64,000 nt of DNA from a virus, in IMG/VR virus record IMGVR_UViG_3300025570_000007; one strand, given 5' to 3'. Below the pieces are notes generated by a model. It had not been told where the DNA came from. It worked only from the letters and a program-made list of their open reading frames with translations, and ran no database searches. Both the position numbers and the translations under genes were made by a program. How positions within the stretch are numbered: the first letter of the stretch is position 1; every line of letters begins with the position of its first letter. Positions 10,476 through 20,461 of this stretch are shown here, one piece after another.

Positions 10476-10901
10476 CTATTTTACAAGATAATCTTGTATT
10501 GCTTTTGCTTTTACGTCCTCCCAAGGGAAAACCATCCAGTGGTCATCGTAGATTGTCTGGCCTATTAATGTAGGTATAAATCTAGAAGTTCTTCTGTATG
10601 CTAAAGCTGCTGTTATAAACTTATGCTGTGTATATTTCAGGAACGTATCTCCTGTATCTGATATATCATCAAAAATTATAATTCTCTCTTTAACCGAATC
10701 ATGTTCCTGTCCCCAACATGCTGTATGTAACTCTATAAAGGGTATGTCGTATTTATGTGAAAATATAACTGCAGGTATTAGTCCTCCTCTAGGAATTCCT
10801 GTTACGTATGCAGGTATGTTATTCTGTTCTCCTAATTGATCTCCGATTGACTCTATCTGAGTGTTTACCCAGCTCCAGTCGTATTTGACTTTTTGTGGCA
10901 T
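10476..10901 (-). CDS. Type I phosphoribosyltransferase (Gpt-like)
   Basis: GIPRGGL, IFDDISDTGDT PRPP loop, WMVFPWE. Confidence 0.85.
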   Translation of the reverse strand: MPQKVKYDWSWVNTQIESIGDQLGEQNNIPAYVTGIPRGGLIPAVIFSHKYDIPFIELHTACWGQEHDSVKERIIIFDDISDTGDTFLKYTQHKFITAALAYRRTSRFIPTLIGQTIYDDHWMVFPWEDVKAKAIQDYLVK

Positions 10902-10902
10902 T

Positions 10903-11088
10903 TTATGAAACGTTTTGAGTCCAGTAGTCTACAGGGCACCTGTAAGATGCTATTTGAGATTTGGATCCTGTATTACCTACTCTGTTTAACTTCTCCTTTA
11001 GGTAGTCCCACTGCTTTGGTGATAGACTATAATGGTGTACTCCTTCTGTGAAGCCTCTTAACCATTGCACAAATTGGTCTTCTGTCAT
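10903..11088 (-). CDS. Hypothetical protein
   Basis: ORF in operon. Confidence 0.55.
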   Translation of the reverse strand: MTEDQFVQWLRGFTEGVHHYSLSPKQWDYLKEKLNRVGNTGSKSQIASYRCPVDYWTQNVS

Positions 11089-11180
11089 AACTTTATTACT
11101 TTTACTTAAAGAAGAATTCTTCTTATTTTAATATCTAAGGCTTCCCTGCACTGTTACCGTTTCTCAAGGACTTGAGTCAC

Positions 11181-11474
11181 TTAGTAGTACAGGTCTAACT
11201 GCTTTTCTCCCCACTCGTACCGTTTTAGCAGTTCTCTGTCTGATTCTGTTGCAAACATAACTACGTCAAAAGGAATTCGACATGTGACTATGTATTTCCT
11301 TAATTCTGCAAGAGTGACGTACTCTTCCTCAACTCCTTGCCAAGGGTCTTCTGAAATGAGGTATACTGTATATTCATTCGCTTTATAGTCCCATACAGGA
11401 TGTCCTCCTATTGTTACAGTATGTTGTAATCTCTCATCACCGATGGTGGTGATAAGTTCTTTAAAATTTATCAT
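11181..11474 (-). CDS. Hypothetical protein
   Basis: ORF track. Confidence 0.55.
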   Translation of the reverse strand: MINFKELITTIGDERLQHTVTIGGHPVWDYKANEYTVYLISEDPWQGVEEEYVTLAELRKYIVTCRIPFDVVMFATESDRELLKRYEWGEKQLDLYY

Positions 11475-11537
11475 TAATTAATTGTTTTTAATATATAGCT
11501 TGGTAATGTACCTAACTGCATAATAATTACAAAATAA

Positions 11538-12380
11538 TTATACACAACGTTCTGTGTTAAATGCCATTATATGAGCTCTACCTGTAAACTTGTACCCCTT
11601 ATCTCTGCACATATCCATTACTACCGGGTATGATTCAAATAAAGACTCTCTGTCGTCTCCTGCTGGCATGCACCATGTTCTACCTTTTATTATCTTTTTA
11701 ATCTCATCAAGATCGAACGGATCCGTATAAGCAGAAGCTCCAAAAGATTTCTCCTCTAAGGTTTCTGCTAACTTATCTAAAAAAGCTTCAACTTCGGGCA
11801 ATACTCTCAACTCTTTATCAATTACCGGTTTTATATGAAAATCGTAATTATACATGATTGCATCAGCTATAGTGTCTGCATTCAGCCTGAACTTATTATG
11901 CTGTTTTATCATCTTCTCGTTTACTATATTACCTATAGGTGTTGTTGCTCCAACAACTGGTACAGAATTACTAAACTTAGGGCTAATAGATAGCAGATTA
12001 ATAGGATGGTCTGTGGCGAGAAAATGAGAGCCTTCAGTTTCGATCGTAATGAAAATTTCCCTTTCATGTGCAAAATGTGTTAATTCGTTTACTAGTGTTG
12101 GATGCATTGTCGGGGAACCCCCTGTTAGCATCATTTCTGTGATATGCGGGTTTGCATCGTACATATCTATTATGTCTTGGAATTTATATACTCCCTTTTC
12201 CGGATGAATGCTCGTATACCAGGAGTCACACCATCCTCCTTCTCCGAAGTAGCATCTGTGGGTACATCCTGTTGTTCTTACTACAATGGTTGGATGACCT
12301 TGTCTTGATCCTTCTGACTGTACTGCTGTATATACCTCTAGTACCGGCAGTACTTTATTATAATTCTCTAATCTTTTCAT
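11538..12380 (-). CDS. queE: 7-carboxy-7-deazaguanine synthase (radical SAM)
   Basis: VQSEG, RTTGCTHRC...WCDS, LTGGSP, IETEG, ISPK. Confidence 0.9.
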   Translation of the reverse strand: MKRLENYNKVLPVLEVYTAVQSEGSRQGHPTIVVRTTGCTHRCYFGEGGWCDSWYTSIHPEKGVYKFQDIIDMYDANPHITEMMLTGGSPTMHPTLVNELTHFAHEREIFITIETEGSHFLATDHPINLLSISPKFSNSVPVVGATTPIGNIVNEKMIKQHNKFRLNADTIADAIMYNYDFHIKPVIDKELRVLPEVEAFLDKLAETLEEKSFGASAYTDPFDLDEIKKIIKGRTWCMPAGDDRESLFESYPVVMDMCRDKGYKFTGRAHIMAFNTERCV

Positions 12381-12388
12381 ATCCTAAT

Positions 12389-12505
12389 TTACTTTATAAA
12401 CAGGTACACTAAAAATACTACCCCAACTACTGTACCCGCAAGTACTGTTGTCACACCTAAAAATAGTAATACTCCCTTAGTGCTATTTGTTTCGTTTTTT
12501 TTCAT
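12389..12505 (-). CDS. Small membrane protein (38 aa, not in the ORF track)
   Basis: MKKNETNSTKGVLLFLGVTTVLAGTVVGVVFLVYLFIK. Confidence 0.5.
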   Translation of the reverse strand: MKKNETNSTKGVLLFLGVTTVLAGTVVGVVFLVYLFIK

Positions 12506-12579
12506 CTTTTAATTCTATTGCGTAGACTTCAAATGTCCATTGCTGTTCTGCCCTATCCTCAATTGTTTTCTGATGGATT

Positions 12580-12828
12580 TTAAGTAGGCCTGTTTTTTTT
12601 AAGCTCCTCGTATATTCTTTGCCCTGCTTGTCGTTCTATATCTGCTAAGATAAATTTAGCATTGGACTCTCCTAGTCGTTCTACCAAGGCTAAGTCAATC
12701 GTATGTTTTGATTGAATCTTCGTAGGCATTGTATCAGTACGTCCTATAGTGTACATTTTCAACCTCTCTTCCGGGATCTCAATATGCTTACCAGTAATCC
12801 CTAATACTTTTGCTATGAACTTTCTCAT
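12580..12828 (-). CDS. Hypothetical protein
   Basis: Coupled to queD. Confidence 0.5.
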   Translation of the reverse strand: MRKFIAKVLGITGKHIEIPEERLKMYTIGRTDTMPTKIQSKHTIDLALVERLGESNAKFILADIERQAGQRIYEELKKNRPT

Positions 12829-13397
12829 GATTTTCTATCATCATACTCTAACACTCCCTTTTCGATTGCATAATTTCTAATACCCTCTAGGTTCTGTTTA
12901 CTGAAGTTTGTAGCTTCCTTTATTGAGATACTATCCCCATAACACTCTGTCCAGCAATTAGGAGTTTCGTAAATTTTAATTTTATGTATTGCTAACCCTG
13001 TTGGAGTATCTTTATATAGAGTCTCAGACAAAACAACCATTGCTAAAAATACCTCTTTTGCAATATTCTCAACGGTTGGATTACAGTATTCATCTTCACC
13101 ATTTAATGACATTAACCACAATTTAGACTTATACTCTTTTGTAGTTTCAATAATCTTTGTATCCTTAGGATTTAAAATCATCCCATGGTCTAAAATATCA
13201 TCTATCCACTGGCAAAAGACTCTTTTAATTTCTTTAAAATCAATTGCATATCCTATCTCTTCCATATTCTCAAAAGAGAATGTTAATTCATATAGGTAGG
13301 TATGTCCGTGTAGGTTAAAACATTTCATTGCTTCGTTCATGACTCTGTGTCCTGAATCGAAATTACCTTTACGGCTAATGTACTGTGTTTTTTTCAT
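12825..13397 (-). CDS. queD: 6-carboxytetrahydropterin synthase
   Basis: FDSGHR, CFNLHGHTY, IDFKEIK, LDH, PTVENIA, YETP. Confidence 0.92.
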   Translation of the reverse strand: MKKTQYISRKGNFDSGHRVMNEAMKCFNLHGHTYLYELTFSFENMEEIGYAIDFKEIKRVFCQWIDDILDHGMILNPKDTKIIETTKEYKSKLWLMSLNGEDEYCNPTVENIAKEVFLAMVVLSETLYKDTPTGLAIHKIKIYETPNCWTECYGDSISIKEATNFSKQNLEGIRNYAIEKGVLEYDDRKS

Positions 13398-13399
13398 AT

Positions 13400-13699
13400 T
13401 TATACTAGTTCTTCTATTATTCCTATTAACTCACTAATTACAAGTACTCCTGTAGCTACAATCAAACTATACGGAATAAAGCAATACCCTATAATACGTA
13501 CTCCTGATTTTACGAATGAAATGAATTGGTGTAGTTTTGGATCGGGAATTTTTGAGATCTTTTCCTCTCCTGTTGAAATGCTTCTAAGTTCATTTCGTCT
13601 AGTAGCGTTGAATGTTCGAGAGAGATAAGAACTCTCTGTACTCTGTCCTGATTTACTGTATGTAGCCATTTTCGTGTTTTTATAGTGGTGCTGTGACAC
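13400..13699 (-). CDS. Hypothetical membrane protein
   Basis: Hydrophobic C-terminus. Confidence 0.5.
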   Translation of the reverse strand: MSQHHYKNTKMATYSKSGQSTESSYLSRTFNATRRNELRSISTGEEKISKIPDPKLHQFISFVKSGVRIIGYCFIPYSLIVATGVLVISELIGIIEELV

Positions 13700-13800
13700 T
13701 TGTCATATATATATAATATAAGACTTCTTACTCTATTCTGCAACTATTCTATAAAAAAATAACGGAACTTTCGCTCCGTTACCTTTTACTGTTTTCTGTA

Positions 13801-14103
13801 CTATGCTACTGGTTCTCCTGTTCCTGATCCTACTATTGGTGCAATACCAACTTTAGCTTTAAGACGTCCCCAGAAGGCTACTACTAGCCCTATTGCAGTT
13901 ACAACTTCTCCCCAGATCGAATCTGCTGAGGCTGCAATTTCTCCTGTTCCTGCAACTATTTCGCTTACTGCGCCTGCTACGTCTACTGAACCGCCTGTAA
14001 GAGCTGTTACTACAACGCCTATTGCTGCTACAATAACGCCAATGATTGTTTTAGATTGATACCAAGCTTTTGCTTGCTCAAACTTGTCTTGAATTGTTCC
14101 CAT
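13801..14103 (-). CDS. Two-TM membrane protein (holin-like)
   Basis: WYQSKTIIG followed by two hydrophobic helices. Confidence 0.5.
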   Translation of the reverse strand: MGTIQDKFEQAKAWYQSKTIIGVIVAAIGVVVTALTGGSVDVAGAVSEIVAGTGEIAASADSIWGEVVTAIGLVVAFWGRLKAKVGIAPIVGSGTGEPVA

Positions 14104-14171
14104 TTGTTCTTTAAGTATTTATATTACATGTAATTATACATATAAATATACCCCAGTAACAGTAACCCGCT

Positions 14172-15248
14172 CTACTTAGACGGTTTCATTACGATTAGTT
14201 CTACTCTACGAGCAACATCGTGTACGAACTGCTTACTACGTTTTTTATCTTTACCAAACGAATCAAACGATATTCGTGATTTATCAATTCCCATAGCTAC
14301 AAATTTTTCAAATAATTCATTAGTGCGTTTTTCTGATAGCTTTTGGTTATAGTTATCTGAACTTGTAGTTGCTGATGCAAAACCTTTTATAACTAGTGTC
14401 CAAGTCTTATTTTCATCTAACTGTGTATATACTTTATAGGTTGCATTTAACTCGGTATCTTTAATATTGAATTTATCATGATCAAAAAATACAAATTCTG
14501 ATTGTGGGTATAGTGAATTGTATGTTTCGTAGTACTCGTTGAACTCTTCTTGTGTAAAGTTAACAACTGGGCTATTGGTTACGTACTCGTTCTTAACTAT
14601 GTTGTTATTTACGATTGGAGTTGCATCCGGTTCTTGGTACCAATCAGCATGCTCTCTATCTTTCTTTCCCAGGTAGGCTACGATTCCTACTGAGACTGTG
14701 TTTATAACTGATGTGATCCCGTAGTTATTGTTGTCGTAGATTCCGTCAAGAGTCCTATCTTGAGAGACACTACCTAGTATAGAATAATCGGCTTTTAAAG
14801 CTACTTTCTTACTAATTTTATAAAGTGCAGTTAGTCCTGCTCTTGTATTTAGTACGGTCTCATTGTAACTGTTGTCACCGTCTATAAAAGATGCTCCTAA
14901 TCCTCCGTGTGCTAGTAAATTCCAGTCATCAGAGTACAGGTCTAGTAATCTAAAGATATTTACTGTAGCTTCTAGGTTAGCTGTTAGTATGTCTGTATTA
15001 ACAGATTCTCCTTCTAGTGACCTAAGGTCTAAGTCATCATAGCCTATATTAACTCCAAGTCCGAATTCCGGGTTAAAGTTATACCTAGCCCCAGCACCTA
15101 AATGGTACTTTGAGTTTGTAGTGACTGCTGATTCATCATTTAGGGAGTGAATACCTGCTTCGACATCGATTGCCCACTTGTTGAATTCCTGTCCGTAACT
15201 GGTTGCAGTTATAAGGAATATTGATAATATTAATAGTACTTTTTTCAT
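14172..15248 (-). CDS. OmpA-family outer-membrane protein (beta-barrel plus peptidoglycan-binding domain)
   Basis: Signal peptide, alternating barrel strands, FFDHDK, YNQKLSEKR, ARRVE. Confidence 0.88.
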   Translation of the reverse strand: MKKVLLILSIFLITATSYGQEFNKWAIDVEAGIHSLNDESAVTTNSKYHLGAGARYNFNPEFGLGVNIGYDDLDLRSLEGESVNTDILTANLEATVNIFRLLDLYSDDWNLLAHGGLGASFIDGDNSYNETVLNTRAGLTALYKISKKVALKADYSILGSVSQDRTLDGIYDNNNYGITSVINTVSVGIVAYLGKKDREHADWYQEPDATPIVNNNIVKNEYVTNSPVVNFTQEEFNEYYETYNSLYPQSEFVFFDHDKFNIKDTELNATYKVYTQLDENKTWTLVIKGFASATTSSDNYNQKLSEKRTNELFEKFVAMGIDKSRISFDSFGKDKKRSKQFVHDVARRVELIVMKPSK

Positions 15249-15275
15249 CTTCTTATATTTACTTTATTTAATTAA

Positions 15276-16412
15276 TTAATCTTGACATTCTCCTAAACTA
15301 TCTCCATGATCTATGTGAGCAGCAACTGCACTTTGAGGAACATAGATAGTAAAATACTGTGGTACATTCCCGATTACTCTCTGATGACACAATGCTACTT
15401 TCTGTGGATCATCTTCACTAGGACAACAGTTAGGTTCTAAAGTACAATCACATAATGTTTCTGTATCTGTAATTTCATCTTCATCTAATTCCATATCTCC
15501 GTCTAAATCTAGACCACTAATAATAACTACACAGTTACCGTCTTGATACATTCTTATAATAGAGGTATATCCATTATTACCGTTAGTACCGTCCGTTCCG
15601 TCTGTACCATTTGTACCATTCGTACCGTTTGTACCATCAGCCCCATCTACACCATTATATCCATTGTAAACGTAGTAAATATTAATAGAGCCATCATAAT
15701 GAGTAATTGTAATTGTTATACCTTCATCAGTATATACAATATCAATAGTATCTCCATCTTGACCATTCGTACCATTAGTACCATCTTCTCCATCTTCTCC
15801 ATCTTCTCCATCCTGAGCATAATATATAAAGATTCTATTAACTTCCTCTCCATCTTCTAGGAATATAATGTAATACCCTCCTTCAGATTCTTCAGTTCTA
15901 ATAGTACACGATATACCATCTTCTCCAGGATTTCCATCTATACCGTCAATTCCGTCAACCCCATCAATTCCATCTGTTCCATTAGGAATAAAGACAACTT
16001 CAATTTGGTCTCCAGTCTGAATGTAAAGGTATATACCGCTTTCTGTTACTTCTGTTGTAACAATTACATTAACTCCATTAACTCCATCAATACCGTCAAT
16101 ACCGTCAATACCGTCTTTTCCGTCAGCACCATCTTGTCCGTCAATACCATCTTGTCCGTCAGCACCATCCACACCATCACTAGGGTAAGGGATAAGAATT
16201 GTACTAGTAAGGTCTCCATCTGTATAGATGTAAATATACCATCCTTCCTCAGATTGTACTGTTGAACTAGTTATAGATGTACCATCTACACCGTCTTTAC
16301 CGTCTATACCGTCTATACCGTCTATTCCATGGGTTAAAAGGCTCATTTTGTCTACACTGCACGCTGTTAAAAGCGCCAGTACCATTGTTAAACATAAAAA
16401 AATTTTCTTCAT
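15276..16412 (-). CDS. Lipoprotein with collagen-like G-X-D/N repeats
   Basis: LTAC lipobox; five (GIDGID/GEDGED/GTNGTN) repeat blocks. Confidence 0.8.
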   Translation of the reverse strand: MKKIFLCLTMVLALLTACSVDKMSLLTHGIDGIDGIDGKDGVDGTSITSSTVQSEEGWYIYIYTDGDLTSTILIPYPSDGVDGADGQDGIDGQDGADGKDGIDGIDGIDGVNGVNVIVTTEVTESGIYLYIQTGDQIEVVFIPNGTDGIDGVDGIDGIDGNPGEDGISCTIRTEESEGGYYIIFLEDGEEVNRIFIYYAQDGEDGEDGEDGTNGTNGQDGDTIDIVYTDEGITITITHYDGSINIYYVYNGYNGVDGADGTNGTNGTNGTDGTDGTNGNNGYTSIIRMYQDGNCVVIISGLDLDGDMELDEDEITDTETLCDCTLEPNCCPSEDDPQKVALCHQRVIGNVPQYFTIYVPQSAVAAHIDHGDSLGECQD

Positions 16413-16668
16413 TTTAAATTATTCATTTTAATTTCGCTTACTCTTAACCCGGTAAACTTAAGGTATTTTTTCTAAAGATATTAAATTAAATACATTTCAT
16501 CAAGATTAGTCGACGAAATGCTAATATAGTCGTTGAAACGATTTTCAACATGAGCTTATAAATAGCTCTAATTATAAAGATAGTTAATATCTTTATGCTA
16601 TCCAAATATACTACATACAAAAACCGCCCATATTTTTACATATCGACGGCTTAGTAGTGGTTGGCTAT

Positions 16669-18738
16669 TTAAATTTCACATGCGCCTCCGCCACATGCTA
16701 TAGATTCCGTAAAGCTTGTTAAGTCTTCACTTTCTTTTACTAATGAAAGGTTAATGTCTGTTAGAAATTGAAGCAGGTAGTCGTACTCCTCTTTTGATAT
16801 ATTCTCAAAAGGTGTTTGCTTATAGTTTCCTCCGTCGTACGGTAGAACCGATAATCCGTTATAACAATCTTTATGTTTCCACATCCATTCTCCAACTTCT
16901 TCCCATTCCCCATCTTTAATAGAAACTGTACAGGAAACATTGTGAGTATTACTCCCTGTCCTATGTCCTGGCTTAATCCATTTGTCTGAGATTAGTTTAA
17001 CTCTTTCTAGAAGTTCGATAGGTGTCTCTGTTCTTAAGATTGCTCCTTCAGGTGCTTTTTGAGGTACTTTTAATACCGCTGTAAGTTCAGGAGTGAAGTA
17101 TTCATCTTCAATAAGTTGAGGTATCATTTTAACCAGGTATCCGTAGATAGCTTCATCTTTATTGATACGTAACCTTCTTAAGTAGTAATCCCAGAACCAT
17201 GCATGTATTCCTGATGATGTTCCTAATACTAGTGAAGTTGTTCCTGCTGGTTTAACTGCTGTTGTTCTAGCTGCAGGGTTAATTCCTATTATCTTAGCGA
17301 TTGCCGTATTCACCTCTTTAACAAAGTTTGCTGCTTTTTCAAAGTCTAGTTCTAAGTTCGTTTCTGAAGCTATTCCTGTCATGCTAACGCCTATTAGGGC
17401 ATCTTTTTCTGTATTCTTTCTCCAAATATCTCTCAAGTAGTGAAAGTCTGTGTACCCTGCTTGAAGAGTTCCTATAAACGAAGCTGCTTTTGCTCTACCT
17501 TCAAAATCTTCTTGACTTTCTATAGTAGCCATGTTGATCTCTGTAAGATTACAGAACTGGTAGGGCCTTAGTGCAATCTCACAACAAGGATTAGTTCCCC
17601 ACTCTTTATCGTTTGTTAAGTATATTCCAGGCTCTCCTGATCCTGATTCTTCAATCTGTTTCCAAACTTTCTTAAATGTACTTTTAGTAATCTTATGACG
17701 TACTAGAGAAATTGAGTTATTAGCCCTCCCTCTTTGAGGTTCAAAGTAGAACCAAGGAAGTGTTCCGTTTTTCTCTAAGTCTTCAAAATCTTCTTCTGAT
17801 ACCCAGTAGCAAGTTTTAGTGTATGTTTTACCTGTGTTGTCCTTTACCGTTACTTCTAAATCTAAAAACCTCTTTCCTTTTGATTCATGCCATGCATGTC
17901 CCATGATAGGCTCTCCTTGATTATCTACCCCTGTCTTAACAGTTGCACGATCGTACATTAGAATCTCAAATTTAGATTTAGCTTTTATCATAGCTTTACT
18001 CTTAAGATCGAATAAAGCAATCATTGCTGCTCTACGAATTCCTCCTGCTAATACTGCATCTGCAATATAGCATTCGATATCGTAACACTCCATGTCTGTC
18101 AGTTTCTCTCCGTCTTTCTTACTTCTCAATACCTTCTCTATATTCTCTAAACAAGCTTTAAGTGGTAACGGTCCTGGTGCTTTCCCTCCTGTTGTTACCA
18201 GTAAAGCTCCTTTTTCTCTAATGTCTGATAAATCAAAATCAATATGAGATCGTACACTTCCTGTATAGGATTTCATCAGAACTTTAATTGAATCTGCCCA
18301 ACCTATAATACTATCCTGGACTACATAGCGTTTTCTACGGTCATAGTTAGGTCTTCTTATTTCCGGTAATTTTTCAATATTGTGATTCTGTACAGAGAAT
18401 CCTACTCCTGTTCCTCCTAAGAGTAGAAACATAGTCTCACTAAATGAGTGAATGCTGTCTATCGGCAAGAATGCACAGTTGTAAACTCTTGAATTGTTAA
18501 GCTCTATTCCCTTACCTCCAAATTGTAGGGATCTCATAGAAGGTAGAACTTTTTTAGGTATCACGTAATCTGCATAAACAGATTTAATATTATCTTCTAG
18601 TTGAGGGTACTTTTTAATATGCATTTGCATATTTCGATCAATTAACTCTTCCCACGTCTCTCTTCTGTCTAATTCCGGGATGTACTTTGCGTACTTTGTG
18701 TAGATAGTTATGTCACTCAGGACTTTTTTGTCTGTCAT
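16669..18738 (-). CDS. nrdJ: Class II (B12-dependent) ribonucleotide reductase
   Basis: YNCAF, TNPCCEI, FCNLTE, VKPAGT, C-terminal CGGGAC. Confidence 0.88.
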   Translation of the reverse strand: MTDKKVLSDITIYTKYAKYIPELDRRETWEELIDRNMQMHIKKYPQLEDNIKSVYADYVIPKKVLPSMRSLQFGGKGIELNNSRVYNCAFLPIDSIHSFSETMFLLLGGTGVGFSVQNHNIEKLPEIRRPNYDRRKRYVVQDSIIGWADSIKVLMKSYTGSVRSHIDFDLSDIREKGALLVTTGGKAPGPLPLKACLENIEKVLRSKKDGEKLTDMECYDIECYIADAVLAGGIRRAAMIALFDLKSKAMIKAKSKFEILMYDRATVKTGVDNQGEPIMGHAWHESKGKRFLDLEVTVKDNTGKTYTKTCYWVSEEDFEDLEKNGTLPWFYFEPQRGRANNSISLVRHKITKSTFKKVWKQIEESGSGEPGIYLTNDKEWGTNPCCEIALRPYQFCNLTEINMATIESQEDFEGRAKAASFIGTLQAGYTDFHYLRDIWRKNTEKDALIGVSMTGIASETNLELDFEKAANFVKEVNTAIAKIIGINPAARTTAVKPAGTTSLVLGTSSGIHAWFWDYYLRRLRINKDEAIYGYLVKMIPQLIEDEYFTPELTAVLKVPQKAPEGAILRTETPIELLERVKLISDKWIKPGHRTGSNTHNVSCTVSIKDGEWEEVGEWMWKHKDCYNGLSVLPYDGGNYKQTPFENISKEEYDYLLQFLTDINLSLVKESEDLTSFTESIACGGGACEI

Positions 18739-18858
18739 CTGTTATTATTAATATTTTTTAAGGTTTTTATATAAAACTAAATCTAAGTCTGGGTTAATAA
18801 ATAGTGGTGGAGATTCGTATAAGGTTATTTTACTTTCTTATAATGTTCTCTATTACTA

Positions 18859-19521
18859 CTAACTATGGTGATCATGAGTGTGTTGAAGTAACCCTTTAAC
18901 TTCTCTACCCTCTATTAACTTTAAAACTTCTTTTAGTGAGTATGGTCTAAATTCCGGATGTCCATCTACTCCTACATCTAACATCCTACCTGGCCCTACT
19001 CTGTCTGAAGTGGGTGTATGTATGTGTCCGTGTAAATGCATTACTCTTTTAGCCATACCGTTCCAAGATGCGAAAGGATAGTGACATAGTACAAATCTGT
19101 ATTGACTTGCTTTTGACTGCCTACCGTCTATTGCTTCGTTTGGAACTTTTAATGATAAGAATTGATAATTTTTTACTGTTTCAAAAATTCTATGTTGTTT
19201 ATCAAAAGCTAGATTGGTAACATCGTAATCATGGTTACCTTCAAGTAAGTGAATATTCTTACAATGTACTCTTCTTCTAAACTCTAAAACTTTCTCTTCT
19301 CCTCCAAAGGACCAATCTCCCATGTGTATTAGGACGTCATCTTCCCCTACTGTTGCATTTATGTTATCAACAAGAGTAGTGTTCATATGATCTAATGATT
19401 TGAATTTACGAACTTTTTTCTCTACAGACCATTCAGTAGTTGCACTACATATATTCTTATGGCTATAATGCGTGTCTGAAGTGAAGTATATTGTCTGTTT
19501 TCTGTCTAATGTAATCTTCAT
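18859..19521 (-). CDS. Calcineurin-like metallophosphoesterase
   Basis: SDTH, GD, GNHD, HYP, HGHIH, DVGVD. Confidence 0.88.
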   Translation of the reverse strand: MKITLDRKQTIYFTSDTHYSHKNICSATTEWSVEKKVRKFKSLDHMNTTLVDNINATVGEDDVLIHMGDWSFGGEEKVLEFRRRVHCKNIHLLEGNHDYDVTNLAFDKQHRIFETVKNYQFLSLKVPNEAIDGRQSKASQYRFVLCHYPFASWNGMAKRVMHLHGHIHTPTSDRVGPGRMLDVGVDGHPEFRPYSLKEVLKLIEGREVKGLLQHTHDHHS

Positions 19522-19916
19522 ACTGTTAATATAGGAAAAAAGCCCTGAGTTAACAAGGCTTTTTTAAGTGTATTTTTATCTGTCTTATGTTTTACTAATT
19601 CTTCGGGGCTTTCATCCCTTTAGCAACTTCTGCTCCCAGTAAGGCTGATAGAAGTCCGTCACTTCCTTTACCGTTACTCCCTCCTGTCATATATACTCCG
19701 TCGAATCTCATACTGCCAATAGCAGTCCTACTATTACTACTGTCTTCATTACCCATACTATAATAGGGAGTAGAACTAGGTCGTTACCTGCTTCTCTAAC
19801 GAACCAGTTAAGTAGGTGCTCTAAAATATGTTAACTGTGAATAGTAGTATTCCTACTGTAAATACTGATAATGTAACTTCCATAACCTTTATTTTTATTT
19901 TCTAAATATAGTAATT

Positions 19917-20381
19917 TTATTTTGATATATCTACTGTATCTACAAGAATCTTATACCCTGTTGGAATTTTCACAAAACCAGTTACTACTCTCTTTATTCC
20001 TTTTTTTGCCGGATAATGGTAGTTCATGTTACCGCCTACTCCTATATAAGGTCCACCTGAGGGATCTACCATATCTAGTTTAGTGCGGTCAGGAGTAACG
20101 AGTTCTTGGTACTGTTCAGCGATAATACAAGGTCCTAGGTATTTGTCATCCCTATCATAAAGGGATCTATGAACTTCTTCTTTAAACTCTGCTAAGCTCA
20201 AAGTATGCTCACGAGGTGGAGTACCTTCTACTTCCAGATACTTCCTATATGCCTCTGTATAATTATTTGGCCAGCCTATTCGGCAATATTGAAAACTACC
20301 TTCCCATAGTATGCTTCCATCCTCATCTAACGAAAAGGTGTAAACATCATTATATCGGTTTATGTACTCTACTTTATTCAT
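19917..20381 (-). CDS. Hypothetical protein
   Basis: ORF with its own promoter motif. Confidence 0.6.
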   Translation of the reverse strand: MNKVEYINRYNDVYTFSLDEDGSILWEGSFQYCRIGWPNNYTEAYRKYLEVEGTPPREHTLSLAEFKEEVHRSLYDRDDKYLGPCIIAEQYQELVTPDRTKLDMVDPSGGPYIGVGGNMNYHYPAKKGIKRVVTGFVKIPTGYKILVDTVDISK

Positions 20382-20461
20382 AGTATAACCTCTATTTTAC
20401 TTACCTAAAGATAATAAAAAAAGCTCACCGAAGCAAGCTTTTTTAAATCTGTTTTTTTAAA

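Noticed and set aside
5937-13397. Queuosine tRNA-modification pathway
   Set aside because: No QueA/QueG/QueH in the window; the TGT-like protein is short and lacks the tRNA-TGT zinc motif; the context with the formyltransferase and polymerase favours DNA modification
15560-16330. Tandem DNA repeats as a mobile element or VNTR
   Set aside because: They are explained by collagen-like Gly-X-Y coding, as the repeats at 62700-63580 are by tail-fibre GGG coding
17755-17972. Intein in RNR
   Set aside because: No N-terminal Cys/Ser block or C-terminal His-Asn, and too short
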